A program made the translations under genes and the position numbers. DNA of 64,000 bases. It comes from the human T2T-CHM13v2.0 reference genome, Homo sapiens. Where the stretch lies: the NCBI RefSeq assembly GCF_009914755.1, contig NC_060941.1. The stretch is one strand, 5' to 3'. The notes under the pieces were generated by a model. The model worked only from the letters and a program-made list of their open reading frames with translations. It was not told the DNA's origin and did not search any database. Positions 1 to 60,409 of this stretch are shown piece by piece. Position 1 is the stretch's first letter. Each line of letters opens with the position of its first letter.

Positions 1-81
1 GGAGAAGGGTCTGAGAGGGTTTTAGTGATTGGCTAAGGACTGGTACAGAGCTAGGGGTGCACGTGGCTGGCACACACTCAC

Positions 82-6187
<6,106 letters not shown>

Positions 6188-7078
6188 CCTGCGTCCCCAC
6201 GTGGAGGAGAAAGAGCCCGGCAGACAGAGCGCCGTCTCCGTGGTCGGGCGGGGTCGCCGCCGGCCACATCGCCCTCTGCTGTTGGGGAGGAGAAGCGTCC
6301 CGCTGCGCACGGCCTCAGGGATTAGAAATGGGCTTACCTGGTGCTCCTCCCGCCCCTCAACAGCCTTCACATTTATTTTTCGCCAGGGTCTTAGAGGACA
6401 CAGTAAACTTTTGACTCTTCACAACAGGGATTCTTGCCCCATTTTAATTTAATTTCATTTTGAGACAGAGTTTCACTCCGTCGCCCAGACTGGAGGGCAG
6501 TGGTGCCACCACGGCTCACTGCAGTCTCGAACTTTCTGGCACAGCGATCCTCCCACCTCAGCCTCAGAGTAGCCTGGACTACAGGCACATGACACCCTGC
6601 CCGGTTATTTTTTTCTCATTTTTTGTAGAGACGAGGTCTCACTATGTTGCCCAGGCTGGTCTCAAACTCCTGAACTCAAGCAGCAAGTCCCCCACTCCCC
6701 AGCCTCAGTGTCCCAAAGTGCTGGGATTACAGGTGTGAGCCACCACGCCTAGCCTAGAAATTAGTATCCTTTTAAAAAATGGATCAAGTCAAGGCTGGGC
6801 GTGGTGGCTGACACCTGTAATCCCAGCGCTTTGGAAGGCCCAGGCGAGCAGATCACTTGAGTCCAGGAGTTCGAGACCAGCCTGGCCAACATGGTGAAAC
6901 CAGGTCTCTACTAAAAATACAAAAAAATTAACCAGCCGTGGTGGCATGCGCCTGTGGTCATAGCTACTGGAGAGGCTGAGGTGGTAGATTCTCTTGAACC
7001 TGGGAGGCAGAGGTTGCAGTGAGCCGAGCTCTCACCACTGCACTCCAGCCTGGATGACAGAGCAAGACTCTGTCTCAA

Positions 7079-7121
<43 letters not shown>

Positions 7122-7831
7122 AATGGATCAACTCAATAATACTCGAGTACAAAAGCAAATCATTTCTACAATCATCAATGCTGTAAAGCAATAATAGTGA
7201 TAATGACATCAACAAGTCAGGAATTGTTCTAAGTGCTTTCCCACATAACTCATTTAATTCTTACAACCCTTTTCTCCCCATATTACTGAGGAACTGAAGC
7301 AGACAGCAATGAACTTGAGCTCTTTTGCCTGAAACGAAGGATCTCCCTTGCCAACTCTCCTCTCTCTCCCTCCACTGCTCAGGCAGTCTCAAGCTCTGCC
7401 AAGTCATCCTCATGAACACAGCTTGAATCTGCTCTCCCCATCTCCACTGCCTCACTCTGGTCAGAGTCACCATCATCACCTGCCTGGACCGCTACAACAG
7501 CCTCCCGATGAGCCCCCCCATTTCCATTCCTGCCTCTTTCTACCCATTCTCCACGATGCAGCCAGGGTTATCTTTTCAGACCAAAAATCTGGCCTGCTGC
7601 TCTTCACCCTCAAACCCTGCGACGGCTCCCTTACATGCAGGAAAAAAAGAACACTCCTTATAATGGTCAATTCAGCCTTGCTATGTCCAGCCACCCCTCT
7701 CTTTAGGTTAAATCTTGCTGGCTTTTTCTGAGTTCTTACAAGGCATGGCTCTTCCTGCATCAGTGATTTTGCCCATGCAGTTTTTTCTGTCTGGAACTGT
7801 TATGGAGTGAATTGTGCCCTTCCCCTAATTC

Positions 7832-8046
7832 AAGCTTGTCCAACCCCTGGGCCACAGGCTGCATGCAGCCCAGGATGGCTTTGAATGCAGCCCAACACAA
7901 ATTCGTAAGCTTTCTTAAAACATTATGAGATTTTCTTTCGATTTTTTTTTTCAGCTCATCAGCTATCATTAGTGTATTTTATGTGTAGCCCAAGGCAATT
8001 CTTTTTCCACTGTGGCCCAGAGAAGCCAAAAGATTGGACGCCTCTG
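7832..8046. mobile_element. MER30-like DNA transposon nested in a MaLR (MLT1-like) LTR (~7795-8782)
   Basis: CAAGCTTGTCCAACC...GGCTTTGAATGCAGCCCAACACAAATTCGTAA...AGATTGGACGCCTCTG; host LTR ends ...AAATTTCTGTTGTTGAAGCC...AACTAATACA. Confidence 0.6.
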
Positions 8047-8995
8047 CCCTAATTTATATATTGAAGCCCTAGCTCTGAATGTGGCTGTATTTGGAGATAG
8101 CATATATTATTATTATTGTTTTTTTTTTTTTTTTTTAGAGACAGGGTCTCACTCTGTTGCCCAGACTAGAGTGTAGTAGTGTGATCATAGCTCACACAGC
8201 TTCAAACTCCCAGGCTCAAGTGCTCTTCTTACCTTAGTGTTCTGAGTAGCTAGGACAACAGGTGTGTGCCACTATACCTGACACTCGGCTAACTTTTAAA
8301 AATTTTTGTAGAGACAAGGCTGTCACTCTGTTGCCTAAGCTGGTCTCGAACTCTTGGCCTCAAATGATCTTCCTGTCTTAGGCCTTCCAAAGTGCTGGGA
8401 TTACAGGTGTAAGCCACCATGCCTGGCCTGGAGATGGGCCCTGAAAGGACATAGGAAGGGTTAATAAGTGAGTTTGTATGGGTAGGACACTAATCAGATA
8501 GAACTGGTGCCCTTGTGAAATGAGGAGACTCCAGAGTACTCTCTCTCTGTCTCTCCCCGCCCCCCGCACTGCCTCCCTGAGCACACACAAAGATGAGGCC
8601 ATAGTAGGACACAGTGAGAAGGTGGCTGTTTGCATCCAGGAAGAGAGGCCTCACCAGAAACCAACCCTCATGGCACCTTGACCTTGGATTTCTCTACTCC
8701 AGAGCTGTGAGAAAATAAATTTCTGTTGTTGAAGCCTCCCTGTCTGTGCTATTTTGTTATGGTAGCCAGAGCCAACTAATACAGGAATAGTTCCTCATTC
8801 TTCAGGTCTTGCCTTGAATATTTATTCATTCATCCAATAAATGTATTGAGTGCCTACTCTCTGCCAGACGTTGTCGGAGTTCTATGTGTATCAACTCATT
8901 TATCACTTACGCAGGGAAACCTTTGAAATGATGTCATATGATGTCATATTTCCCTGTTGTATGTTTTCAAAACATCCTGGTATTCCTCACATTTA

Positions 8996-9115
<120 letters not shown>

Positions 9116-9279
9116 TCATGTCTCTACAAAAAAAATAGCCAGGTGGCATGCACCTATAGTCCCAGCTACTCAGGAGGCTGAGATGGGTGAATTGCTTGAA
9201 CCTGGGAGGTCAAGGCTGCAGTCAGCCGTGATCATGCCACTGCTTTCCACTTGTGACAGCGAGACCCTGTCTCAATTAA

Positions 9280-9843
<564 letters not shown>

Positions 9844-9889
9844 TGAGAGGCCTAGGCAGGTGGATCACGAGGTCAGGGGTTCAAGATCA

Positions 9890-10147
<258 letters not shown>

Positions 10148-11269
10148 TCAGCATTTGAATATAAGATCCCTTGGACCTAAAGTCACAGAACCGCAGGTCT
10201 CTGCCAATGTCAGGATCCTTTATCCTATTACCTCATTGCTGCAGAGAGCTTGCCCCACAAAAGGGCCCAGGGCTTGTGATAACATGAAGGCAGGGAATTC
10301 ATCCATCTATTCATTCATTTATTTGCTCATTCAACAAACATGTGTTAGGGCTGGGCTTTGTGTCCAGCAGGGCGCTACAACTTGTCCAAGGTCATATAGC
10401 TGTGTGTCCAAGGTCACAGGTCTGCGAGTAGAATCTAGTATGAATGATTCCACCTGGGATTTTCTTCAGTGTCTTTCTCAGCTCTGGCCAGATAAGTTTG
10501 AAGATATGTGTGGGGTGGAGGGGAGAGGGATGAGAGGTGAGTGGAGGAAATCATCATCATGAAGACACCATTCATTCATTCATTCATTCATCCATCCATT
10601 CATTCCATTCAGGAAACACACTTCGGACACTGAATGTGCCAGAACCTGTGCAGGAAGGGGGTTGGGGGACAAGCTATATGGGATGCTGTCTTTGCCTTCC
10701 AGGAGGAAGCTCACAGCCCAGGCTTGAGGGCACTGAAATGCAGAAGAGTTCTGGGTCCAACTGGGGACAACGTCATAAATTTGCTTCAGGAACTCCCAGT
10801 TAGCTAAGGAGAAACATTCCTGCCTCAGGAGAGACCCCTCTGCAATGGTGAATACATAGTTCTTGTCCCAGGAAGACCCCCTTCTGAGGAGGGAGCCTCA
10901 GTGTGTCCCAGGATAGTTTCCAGTCGGGTGGGGAGGACCCTTGGTCTCGGGGGAATTCCCAGTCTGACCCAGCCCTTGCCCTAAGAGATCTCAGCCTGAT
11001 GGGGGATACACAAAGCCCACTCTCTGGGAGCTAACAGTCAGATGGGAGAGGTAGGCTGAATAGATCCACTCTATACACAGGGGGAGGAACAGGAGACCGC
11101 ATGTGGACCGAAACTAACGAACCACTCACTCACACTAAACTGAGTTAGCAAGTCCTGTTGGTCTTTCTGAAAAGCAAAGACATTTTGAACAGGTGAAAGC
11201 AGGGTGGGTTGAGGTGTTGCGCAGAAGTGGAAAAGGGAAGGAACTTTCTTCCCCTGTTCCTTCCCCGCT

Positions 11270-11720
11270 CCCTCCAGAAAGGTATTTCTGGAACTCTCCA
11301 GTTGGTCTGGGATCTGGGCAACTGCTGTGTGTCCCAGTCTGTCAGCCCCTCAGCTGTCACTCTGCTCCCAAAAATAGCAATGGTTGAGGGGAGGGAGAGG
11401 AAGCTGTTTATCTGGGATAGATGTGGAGAGGTGCATTAGAGCTGTGCCCAGGGAGGGAGTCTGCTGGGGGGTTCCTGTCCCTTCTGGATCTTTCTGTCAC
11501 TCTTTGGAATGTTAGTGCCTAAGCCCCCCACCAGGATAACCCAGAGTGGGGTGCTTGGGCGGAGGCTGGTCAGCACCTCCACGTGGTCATGACTGACCAG
11601 TCTGGGGAGGGGGAGGGCCCTGAGTATCAGTGACAGACTCCAGGGGCACCTGCCCCTGTGGCCAAATATGGTCCAGAGCCACTGGCTGAGGCAAGAAAAT
11701 CTCTTGGGTGGGGGCTGGGA
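11270..11720 (+). promoter_or_regulatory. Striated-muscle-type promoter of UNC45B
   Basis: Perfect CArG CCAAATATGG 11662-11671; E-boxes CAGCTG 11351 and CACCTG 11647; MEF2-like CCAAAAATAG 11368-11377; MCAT/TEAD TGGAATGT 11505-11512; imperfect HSEs at 11286-11298 and 11482-11494. Confidence 0.65.
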
Positions 11721-11729
11721 GGGGCAGAC

Positions 11730-11819
11730 TGAGGCTGGCTGGCTGGAGGTTGACACAGGAGTGCTCAGGGGAGCAGCATCACAAGAGGGCAGATCGAAAG
11801 CATCGTCCTTGCTGAAAAA
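11730..11819 (+). other. UNC45B: Putative non-coding exon 1 of UNC45B (5' end approximate)
   Basis: Donor AAA|GTGAGC at 11820 just downstream of the CArG box. The start ATG at 12173 directly follows an acceptor, so an upstream exon is required. Confidence 0.65.
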
Positions 11820-12172
11820 GTGAGCATGGGCCTGGGGTGTGCCCTGGACTGGGGAGGGAGACGGCAAACTTCTAAGACCTGCAATGAGAGTTCAGGCCTT
11901 TGGCACAAACTAAGCAGCTTCGCCTGCTCAGGCTGGGAGGGACAGAGAGTGAGGCACAGGGACTCTCAACTTGGGCCAAGCTCTGAGCAAATGCTATAAT
12001 GTCCTCATGGGGCAATAGATTTGGGGGTTCTGGGGGTGGGTCCCTTCCAGGCAGAATCCCCACCATCCTCTCTGGTGTGAGGGGACCCTGGAGCTCCGGA
12101 CCTCAGGCCAGGAGCCCAGCCCTGGGTCTGCAGTGAGGGGCTGACCAGACAGAGCTTCTCCTGTCCCAGCAG

Positions 12173-50494
<38,322 letters not shown>

Positions 50495-51149
50495 ACAGCG
50501 ACCCTCAGGGATGCTGGGAGTGGTCCTGTACTGTGCAGAGTCCTGGGTTGGTTGGGTTCTCCTGAAGAGTCAGGTCATCTAGGGATCATAGCAGTGACAA
50601 TGAAGTCTCAATATAAAGGAAAGACTTGATTGTTCTCTGAGTTGTGAGTCTTCTCCTTTGTCCTGACAGAGTTTGGATGTTTCACTCTCTCTCTTGCTTC
50701 CTGTCTCCTTATATTTGTCATGTTTCAGAAATTCCCAGAATAATTTTCACCCATGATTAGAAATAGGTTGGATCATTCTTTCTGTACCCATTCTGAAGGC
50801 CAGGATAATAGGTTGAAGTTCTTTATATTTTGGAAAATGGATTTTGTGGTAAGGTAGGAACTAACGGGTGTGTGCATATAAAGGTTAATGCTGTTGTATT
50901 TGGATGCTGATCTGTGCTGTTTTCATGACCTCTCTCCCACACTATTTGAATCAGTCTGTTCAGAACTGTGTGTTTCACCTGCAGTGCTCTGTCCCAGTCC
51001 CATGCCCATTCCCATCACTTCACTGTGATGGAAATAGAGTTTATGTTCAACAGTGGGGCATGACCTCTGCAATTTGCTTGGGAAAGTCTTCCAAGCAAGA
51101 TGGACATGATGAATACAAATAAGATCTACTCAAAGTACTTCAAACAAAA

Positions 51150-53259
51150 AATAAATAATTCATTGGCTCATGTATCTTGGCCACCCAGGGAAGGTCTGAC
51201 ATTGTTAGTTAGATCCAGAGTTTCAAATGTCATCACCATGGATGTGTCTTTTTCTCTCTCTCATTTCCCCTCCCCATATCTTGTCTTTTATTTATTATAG
51301 GTTTGTCTCATTCCCTGGCAGGCTCTCTCCCTGTGATAGGAAAGAGAGTCCCCAGCAGCCCCAGGGTGACATAGTTGTTATAGTTCATTATGGAATAGAA
51401 GAGAGAAGAGCATTCTCAATAACCCGGCAAAGTTCCCAGGGATGACTCTGATATGTCTATGTCTCAGGTCACATTTCCATCTATGAACCAATCATATTCA
51501 GAGGTGGAATGCTAATTGGCCAGGCCTGGGTCATATATACAAGTCTAGGGAAGAAATGAGCTTCATCCCTGTCCAATTGACATGGACTGATTAGGGGTAT
51601 TAATGGAAGAGGTGTGCCACCACAAAAGAATGTACCCTGGGCAGATCAAAGAACATATTCTGTATGTCAGGCTTGGCCACAAAAGAATGACACAAGTAAT
51701 ATGCTGTAGATCAGAACCTCTCTGCTAATATTGCCTTTTTAGCATGGTTAAGATAGCTAAGATCTAGTACTGTCACTCCAGTATGTCCCAATTCTACCTA
51801 CGTTTATTGAAGGGTCAACAGTTCTGATCTCAGCATTGGGTAAAGGGTGGGACATTCAGATTTACGGTCCTTGATAAAAACAATTTACAACGTTCCGTTG
51901 TGTAATAAATGTAAGTGTACATATGCCTGGGACATCAGCTGGAAAAGGGACAGACTATCAGAGAGTTGCACTGTTGCGGTATGGGCCAAATCCAACATAA
52001 TACCCGCTGTACCTCTAGAGAACTAAAACCTTAATTTCTCAGATCTTTTCTGCACTAATGGTCTTTACATACAGCCTACATTTTAACTAACTCTTGCATG
52101 GGCTTGTTTCACAGCAGGAAACTATATTCATCATATCCTTATTATGATAGAGAATGACAACATTCAAAAGGGTGTGGTGCTTCTGAAAATATACACAATA
52201 AATGGCATGATTTGACCTCTGTCAAATTCTTCTTTCCTGCTTTCCTCATATGTGGGCTTGAGTGGGTGTATTTAGCTCCTTTAAAGGAAACTCTTTCACA
52301 GGCAGGGCCACACTCTTACTCGTTTTGATCTCATGAGGTTACATCTGCCAGTGGCGTTCAGGGCCAGTTAGATAAAGTTCATCTTGTTTGGATTGGAGAG
52401 ACTTTTTTTTTTTTTTTTTTTGAGACAGGGTCTTGCTCTGTAACCTAGGCTCAAGTGCAGTGCAGTGGTGCAGTCATGGCTCACCGCAGCCTTGGTCTCC
52501 TGGGCTCAAGTGATCTTTCTACTTCAGCCTCCTCAATAGCTGGGACTACAGGCACACACCACCACCCCCAGGTAATTAAAAAATTTTTTTTTGTAGAGAC
52601 AGGGTCTCACTATGTTGCCCAGTCTGGGAGACCACATTCTTTAACATGAATATTTTGTAAATAGTCCAAGAAGATCTAGAGGAAAGCTGAATTCCTTCAT
52701 CTGATTTTTGCCACTGGGCTGCCTCCCATTGTCTGGCTAAGTCTTCATGGGAGGCCTTTAAGAAAAGCTGTGACAAATACCTTTGTTTCCCACTGCCTAG
52801 GTTACATAAGTAGTTGGCTTTTCCAGCCTAGACTCTTATATTGTTGCTTGTAAGAGGGCCCTTCTTTGCAGATTTCTTTTTTTTTTCATCTATGCTTTCA
52901 AATAGGCAGATGCTAGCCTGAGATCATCTCTTTATTGAGGTAGTTTGCCCAAAAACAGCAAGGAACAGCCAATACCTGCCAACTTTCTAGGTTTTTCCAA
53001 CCAATTCTCTTACAGAAAATCTATAAATATCTTAGAGGTATGTTTCTTAGTTTCCCAACATATAATGGGAAAATTCATCATTTATATTATTACTTTTAAC
53101 TGAAGTATGTTGTTATCAGAGAACTTGGTCTGTGTCATATTAATCCTTTGCCATTTGAGAAGCATACAGTTTTAAAGTTTATATCTCCAAAAGGATATTT
53201 TGTAAAAATTTAACCCCTTTGACTCTTAGTCTTCTCATTTGTGAAAGGTAAATAATAAA
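51150..53259 (+). terminator. Candidate UNC45B polyadenylation signals (tandem 3' UTR ends)
   Basis: AATAAA at ~51150, 51904, 52197 (followed by a U-rich tract) and 53254; which are used cannot be read from sequence. Confidence 0.5.
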
Positions 53260-53509
53260 GAATTTCTGTTCCTAGTAAGAGTAACTTGTGGCAAAACAAT
53301 ACCATGACATACAAAAATTGAAAAACTGGGCAAAACTTAAACAATCTGTTTAAGGCACCGAGAGCCATTAAGGCAGTGAGACCAACAAAAAGGGAAGCAC
53401 CAAGGAGGAAGCTTAACTTTTTGGTAAAGTTGATTCCATTTGGGATGTTTGCCAATTTGTTAGCAGAGGTTGTGAGTCACAGAGGTTTAAGTGTCTGAGA
53501 CACCATTTA

Positions 53510-54620
<1,111 letters not shown>

Positions 54621-54895
54621 ACGTGACAGCTGTTACAATGGCAGGTTACAGGTTAGCCAAGCGGGAGGCAGACATGTGTTTCAGGGGAGGGGAAGGCTAT
54701 TTCCACCATATGCAAGTGGATGCTGCATTGGACACTGATGGGCAGAACCATCATGCTGGAAAATAATTTTTTATTTTCATGACAGCCTACCATTGAATTT
54801 ACAATTCTGATATTAATGAAATATCTCTATAAAGGGTTGAAGTGTCTTCCTGCAACAATTGCCAAGGAACAAAATTGTCAATTTATTAATGAAAC

Positions 54896-55640
54896 ATGAC
54901 GTGTGTTGAACAAGACAAGCTGGGTCAAGCATTTGAGGATGCTTTTGAGGCACTGAGGCAACATTCAACTGGAGATCTTTAGTACTCGCCAGATTACAAA
55001 AATTACCTGGCTTTAATCAATTATTGTCCTCACGTCAAAGGAAATTCCAGCTGCTATGGAGTGTTGCCTACAGAGGAACCTCTCTGTAATTGGAGAACGG
55101 TAATCAACAGTGCTGCGGACTTCTATTTTGAAGGAAACATTCATCAGTCTCTGCAGAACATAACTGAAAACCAGCTGGTACAACCCACTATTCTCCAGCA
55201 AAAGTGGGGAAAAGGCAGGAAGAAGCTTAGACTGTTTGAATACCTTCACGAATCCCTGTGTAATCCGGAGATGGCACCTTGTATTCAGTGGGTAGATAAA
55301 ATCAAAGGCATCTTTCCGTTTGTATCAAAAAACAAAGGAAAACTTGCCGAGCTTTGGCGGAAAAGAAAAGGCCGTTGGAAGACCATGACTTATCAGAAAA
55401 TGGCCAGGGCACTGAGAAATTATGGAAGAAGTGAGGAAATTACCAAAATCCGGAGGAAGCTGACTTACCAGTTCAGTTAGGCCACTCTCCAAAGACTCTC
55501 TCCATCTTATTTCTTGGGGAAAGAGATCTTTCCCCAAGTGTGTTAAACCTGATCAGGAATATCTCAGTTTAAATAACTGGAATGCAAATTATAATTATAC
55601 ATATGCCAATTACCATGAGCTAAATCACCATGATTGCTAA
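54896..55640 (+). pseudogene. Processed pseudogene of SPIC (Spi-C ETS transcription factor)
   Basis: Intronless MTCVEQDKLGQAFEDAFEALRQHSTGDL*...[17 protein letters not shown]...[14 protein letters not shown]...RRKLTYQFS*...HELNHHDC*. Premature TAG at 54980 and 55478, plus a frameshift near 55530. AT-rich UTR-like flanks with AATAAA at 56667. Confidence 0.92.
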
Positions 55641-56017
55641 ATATACTCTCATATTTCATGGTTTCCTGGCATTGGAAGTCCCTACAGTTTTAAGGATTTC
55701 TCACTCTCTGTCTCTTTTTTCCTTCCTCTGAAGGAGTTTAGGATTTTTCTCTTAAAGCAAACACTAAAGAGAAAAAAAACCAAGTAACTTTATTTGCTGC
55801 TTTTATCAAAGAGCATGTAATCTATACTAACTCAGTGGGAAATTCTGCCAATGAGCAGCTTTTTTTTTAATACTCTATGAAGATTCAATGAAAAACTTTA
55901 TTGTTTCAAATGATTAAGTCCATTTGAAACTATAGACTAAATGTCCTTGCTCTGCTCTTACTATTCTCTCTAATTTTTTTATTTTATTATTTTTTAAAAG
56001 AGGTCTCAGCCAAGACA

Positions 56018-56225
56018 ATTTTAAATTTTTATGGATTTAGGAGTACAAGTGCAGTTTTGTTGCATGGATACATTGCGTAGTGGTAAAGCATATTGCATAG
56101 CATCCTCATCATCAGAATAGTGAACATTGTACCCAATAGGTAGGATTTCATCCCTCATCCCCCACCCATCTGCCCACCTTTTGGAGCCTCCGGTGTCTAT
56201 TACTCCACTCTGTATGTCCATTGCT
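56018..56225 (-). mobile_element. Short old L1 3'-end fragment downstream of the SPIC pseudogene CDS
   Basis: GTACAAGTGCAGTTTTGTTGCATGGATACATTG...GAATAGTGAACATTGTACCCAATAGGTA...TGTATGTCCAT. Confidence 0.65.
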
Positions 56226-57225
56226 AAGCCCCCAACTATACTCATTTTATTTTATTTTAAAACTTGTTTTCTTTTTCTGCATACTTCAATGGATGCAAAC
56301 TCTTTTCATTTTTTCTTTTCCTTTCACAGACAGTGACTTCATTTTTTTTTTTTTTTTTTGCTGCTAACTCCCAAGCACAACACAGTGACTTATGTTTTTA
56401 ATTTTTTTAAGAGGCAAAGCCTACCTCTGAAGCTCCTTTTTTTTTTCTTTTCCTACTTCAATAAGCTGGTCTACATTCTTACTCTTCTCTATGCAACCAC
56501 TTTCTTCTAGATTAACAGTGCTAGTACAGATGATTTGATTTATACATTGATTTCAGCATTTTCTTTTCATGTACTCAGGTGAGGAAAATCACTCTTTTAT
56601 ATCCAATGACTTTACAAAAAATCATTTACAAAGAAGTGACTGCATATGATAAAATATTTGTGCCAAAATAAATTCATGGCTTTTAAAATGTCATAGAAAT
56701 GTCTATTCAGGTATCTTTTTTTTTTTTTTTCACATTCACTGTAATCCTTGTTTGATGTCAATGTCACGTCACCACCCCAAGCGGGGGGCACAAGCACGAG
56801 GAAAGGAAACCTTCGCCGTGAGGGGAGGGGTGGGGAGGCACGCTTCCCTCCCCCAGCGCAGCTGCTGGCTCTGTCTTTGCCGGAACACTCCAGCCCCAAT
56901 GCTCTTCTCTTTGCTGCTGAGTGAAGTCCTCCCCATGGCCCACGGCCTCCCTGCCTCAGCCCTTTGGATCTGCTCCTCAGACTTTACCCCTTAGTTATGC
57001 CCTGATTCTAGGACCCAGCCTGGACTCCACATCCCTTGGTCCCAGGCTGGCCCCAGGTCTTCCACGTAGTCCCTCTCCACCAAGTCCCCAAGTCACCCTT
57101 GACTCTGAGAGGTATCCCTCTCCCACACCAGTTCTTTTCCAGTCACTTCTCCTCCCATGTTTGTCTTCAGTCTTTGCCTTTATTTATCCCTGTCCCTCCC
57201 AACCCCCGGGCTCCCAAGTTCTATC

Positions 57226-58314
<1,089 letters not shown>

Positions 58315-58396
58315 TCATTGGAGTGGGGGTGGGATTCTTCCCTGGAACTCTCCTGAGGTGGTAGCACGCCTATTTTCCCACTGAGTCCAACTCTGC

Positions 58397-59978
58397 TTCT
58401 TTTCTTTCTTTTTTTGTTTTTTGTTTTTTTTTATTGATCATTCTTGGGTGTTTCTCGCAGAGGGGGATTTGGCAGGGTCATAGGACAATAGTGGAGGGAA
58501 GGTCAGCAGATAAACAAGTGAACAAAGGTCTCTGGTTTTCCTAGGCAGAGGACCCTGCGGCCTTCTGCAGTGTTTGTGTCCCTGGGTACTTGAGATTAGG
58601 GAGTGGTGATGACTCTTAACGAGCATGCTGCCTTCAAGCATCTGTTTAACAAAGCACATCTTGCACCGCCCTTAATCCATTTAACCCTGAGTGGACACAG
58701 CACATGCCCCAGAGAGCACAGGGCTGGGGGCAAGGTCACAGATCAACAGCATCCCAAGGCAGAAGAACCCTTCCCAGTACAGAACAAAATGAAGTCTCCC
58801 ATGTCTACTTCTTTCTACACAGACACAGCAACAATCTGATTTCTCTATCTTTTCCCCACCTTTCCCCCTTTTCTATTCCACAAAACCACCACCGTCATCA
58901 TGGCCCGTTCTCAATGAGCTGTTGGGTACACCTCCCAGACGGGGTGGTGGCCGGGCAGAGGGGCTCCTCACTTCCCAGAAGGGGCGGCCGGGCAGCGGTG
59001 CCCCCCACCTCCCGGACGGGGCAGCGGCCGGGCGGGGGCTGACCCCCCACCTCCCTCCCAGACGGGGCAGCTTGCCCGGCGGGGGCTGCCCCCCACCTCC
59101 CTCCTGGACGGGGCGGCTGCCGGGCAGAGAAGCTCCTCACTTCCCAGACGGGGCGGCTGCCGGGTGGAGGGGCTCCTCACTTCTCAGACGGGGCGGCTGC
59201 CGGGCGGAGGGGCTCCTCACTTCTCAGATGGGGCAGCTGCGGGGCGGAGGGGCTCCTCACTTCTCAGATGGGGCGGCCGGGCAGAGACGCTCCTCACCTC
59301 CCAGATGGGGTCGCGGCCAGGCAGAGGCGCTCCCCACATCTCAGACGATGGGCCCCCGGGCAGAGACGCTCCTCACTTCCTAGACGGGATGGCGGCCGGG
59401 AAGAGGCGCTCCTCACTTCCTAGATGGGATGGCGGCCGGGAAGAGGCGCTCCTCACTTCCCAGACTGGGCAGCCGGGCAGAGGGGCTCCTCACATCCCAG
59501 ACAATGGGCGGCCAGGCGGAGACGCTCCTCACTTCCCAGGCGGGGTGGCGGCTGGGCAGAGGCTGCAATCTCGGCACTTTGGGAGGCCAAGGCAGGCGGC
59601 TGGGAGGTGGAGGTTGTAGCTAGCCGAGATCACGCCACTGCTCTCCAGCCTGGGCAACATTGAGCACTGAGTGAATGAGACTCCGTCTGCAATCCCGGCA
59701 CCTCGGGAGGCCGAGGTTGGCAGATCACTCGTGGTTAGGAGCTGGAGACCAGCCTGGCCAACACAGCGAAACCCCGTCTCCACCAAAAAAATACGAAAAC
59801 CAGTCAGGCGTGGCGGTGCGCACCTGCAATCGCAGGCTGAGGCAGGAGAATCAGGCAGGGAGGTTGCAGTGAGCCGAGATGGCAGCAGTACAGTCCAGCT
59901 TCGGCTCCGCATCAGAGGGAGACCGTGGAAAGACAGGGAAACGGAGACCGTGGGGAGAGGGAGAGGGAGAGGGAGAGC
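58397..59978 (-). mobile_element. Full-length SVA retrotransposon
   Basis: (CCCTCT)n ~59953-59977, Alu-like ~59570-59950, VNTR ~58930-59565, SINE-R ~58433-58925, AATAAA 58435-58430, A tail 58397-58432. Confidence 0.95.
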
Positions 59979-60409
59979 TCAGGTATCTTATACATTGTTT
60001 TCTTTCCTTCTCTTCTTTTGATCTTACCCACTTTTTTTTACAACTTAAAGCTTTTTTTTTTTTTTTTTTTTTTGAGACAGGGTCTCGCTCTCTCACCCAG
60101 GCTCAAGTGCAGTGACACAAACATGGCTCAAGCCCAGCTAATTTTTTTTTTTTTTTTGTAGAGACAGTGTTTTATTATGTTGCCCAGGCTAGTCTTGAAC
60201 TCCTGGGCTCAGGCAATCTGCCCACCTTGGCCTTCGAAAGTGCTGGGATTACAGGTGTGAGTGACCAGACTGGTCCCAAAACTTTTTTAATGTTTAAATT
60301 TTACCACTATACTAAGGAGGAGTTACCCATCTTTTAATTGCCTTTTTTTCTTCTTATTAGGGAGGGGTAAGGAAGAAGACTTGGTCAGCAGAAAGCAGGT
60401 CTTAATTGC

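Noticed and set aside
55061-55480. 139-aa ETS-domain ORF as a real gene
   Set aside because: Internal fragment of the SPIC pseudogene between two premature stops, with a non-ATG start.
58898-60021. Several overlapping GC-rich ORFs and a repeat array that could look CRISPR-like
   Set aside because: SVA VNTR and Alu-like domain; no unique spacers, no cas genes, eukaryotic DNA.
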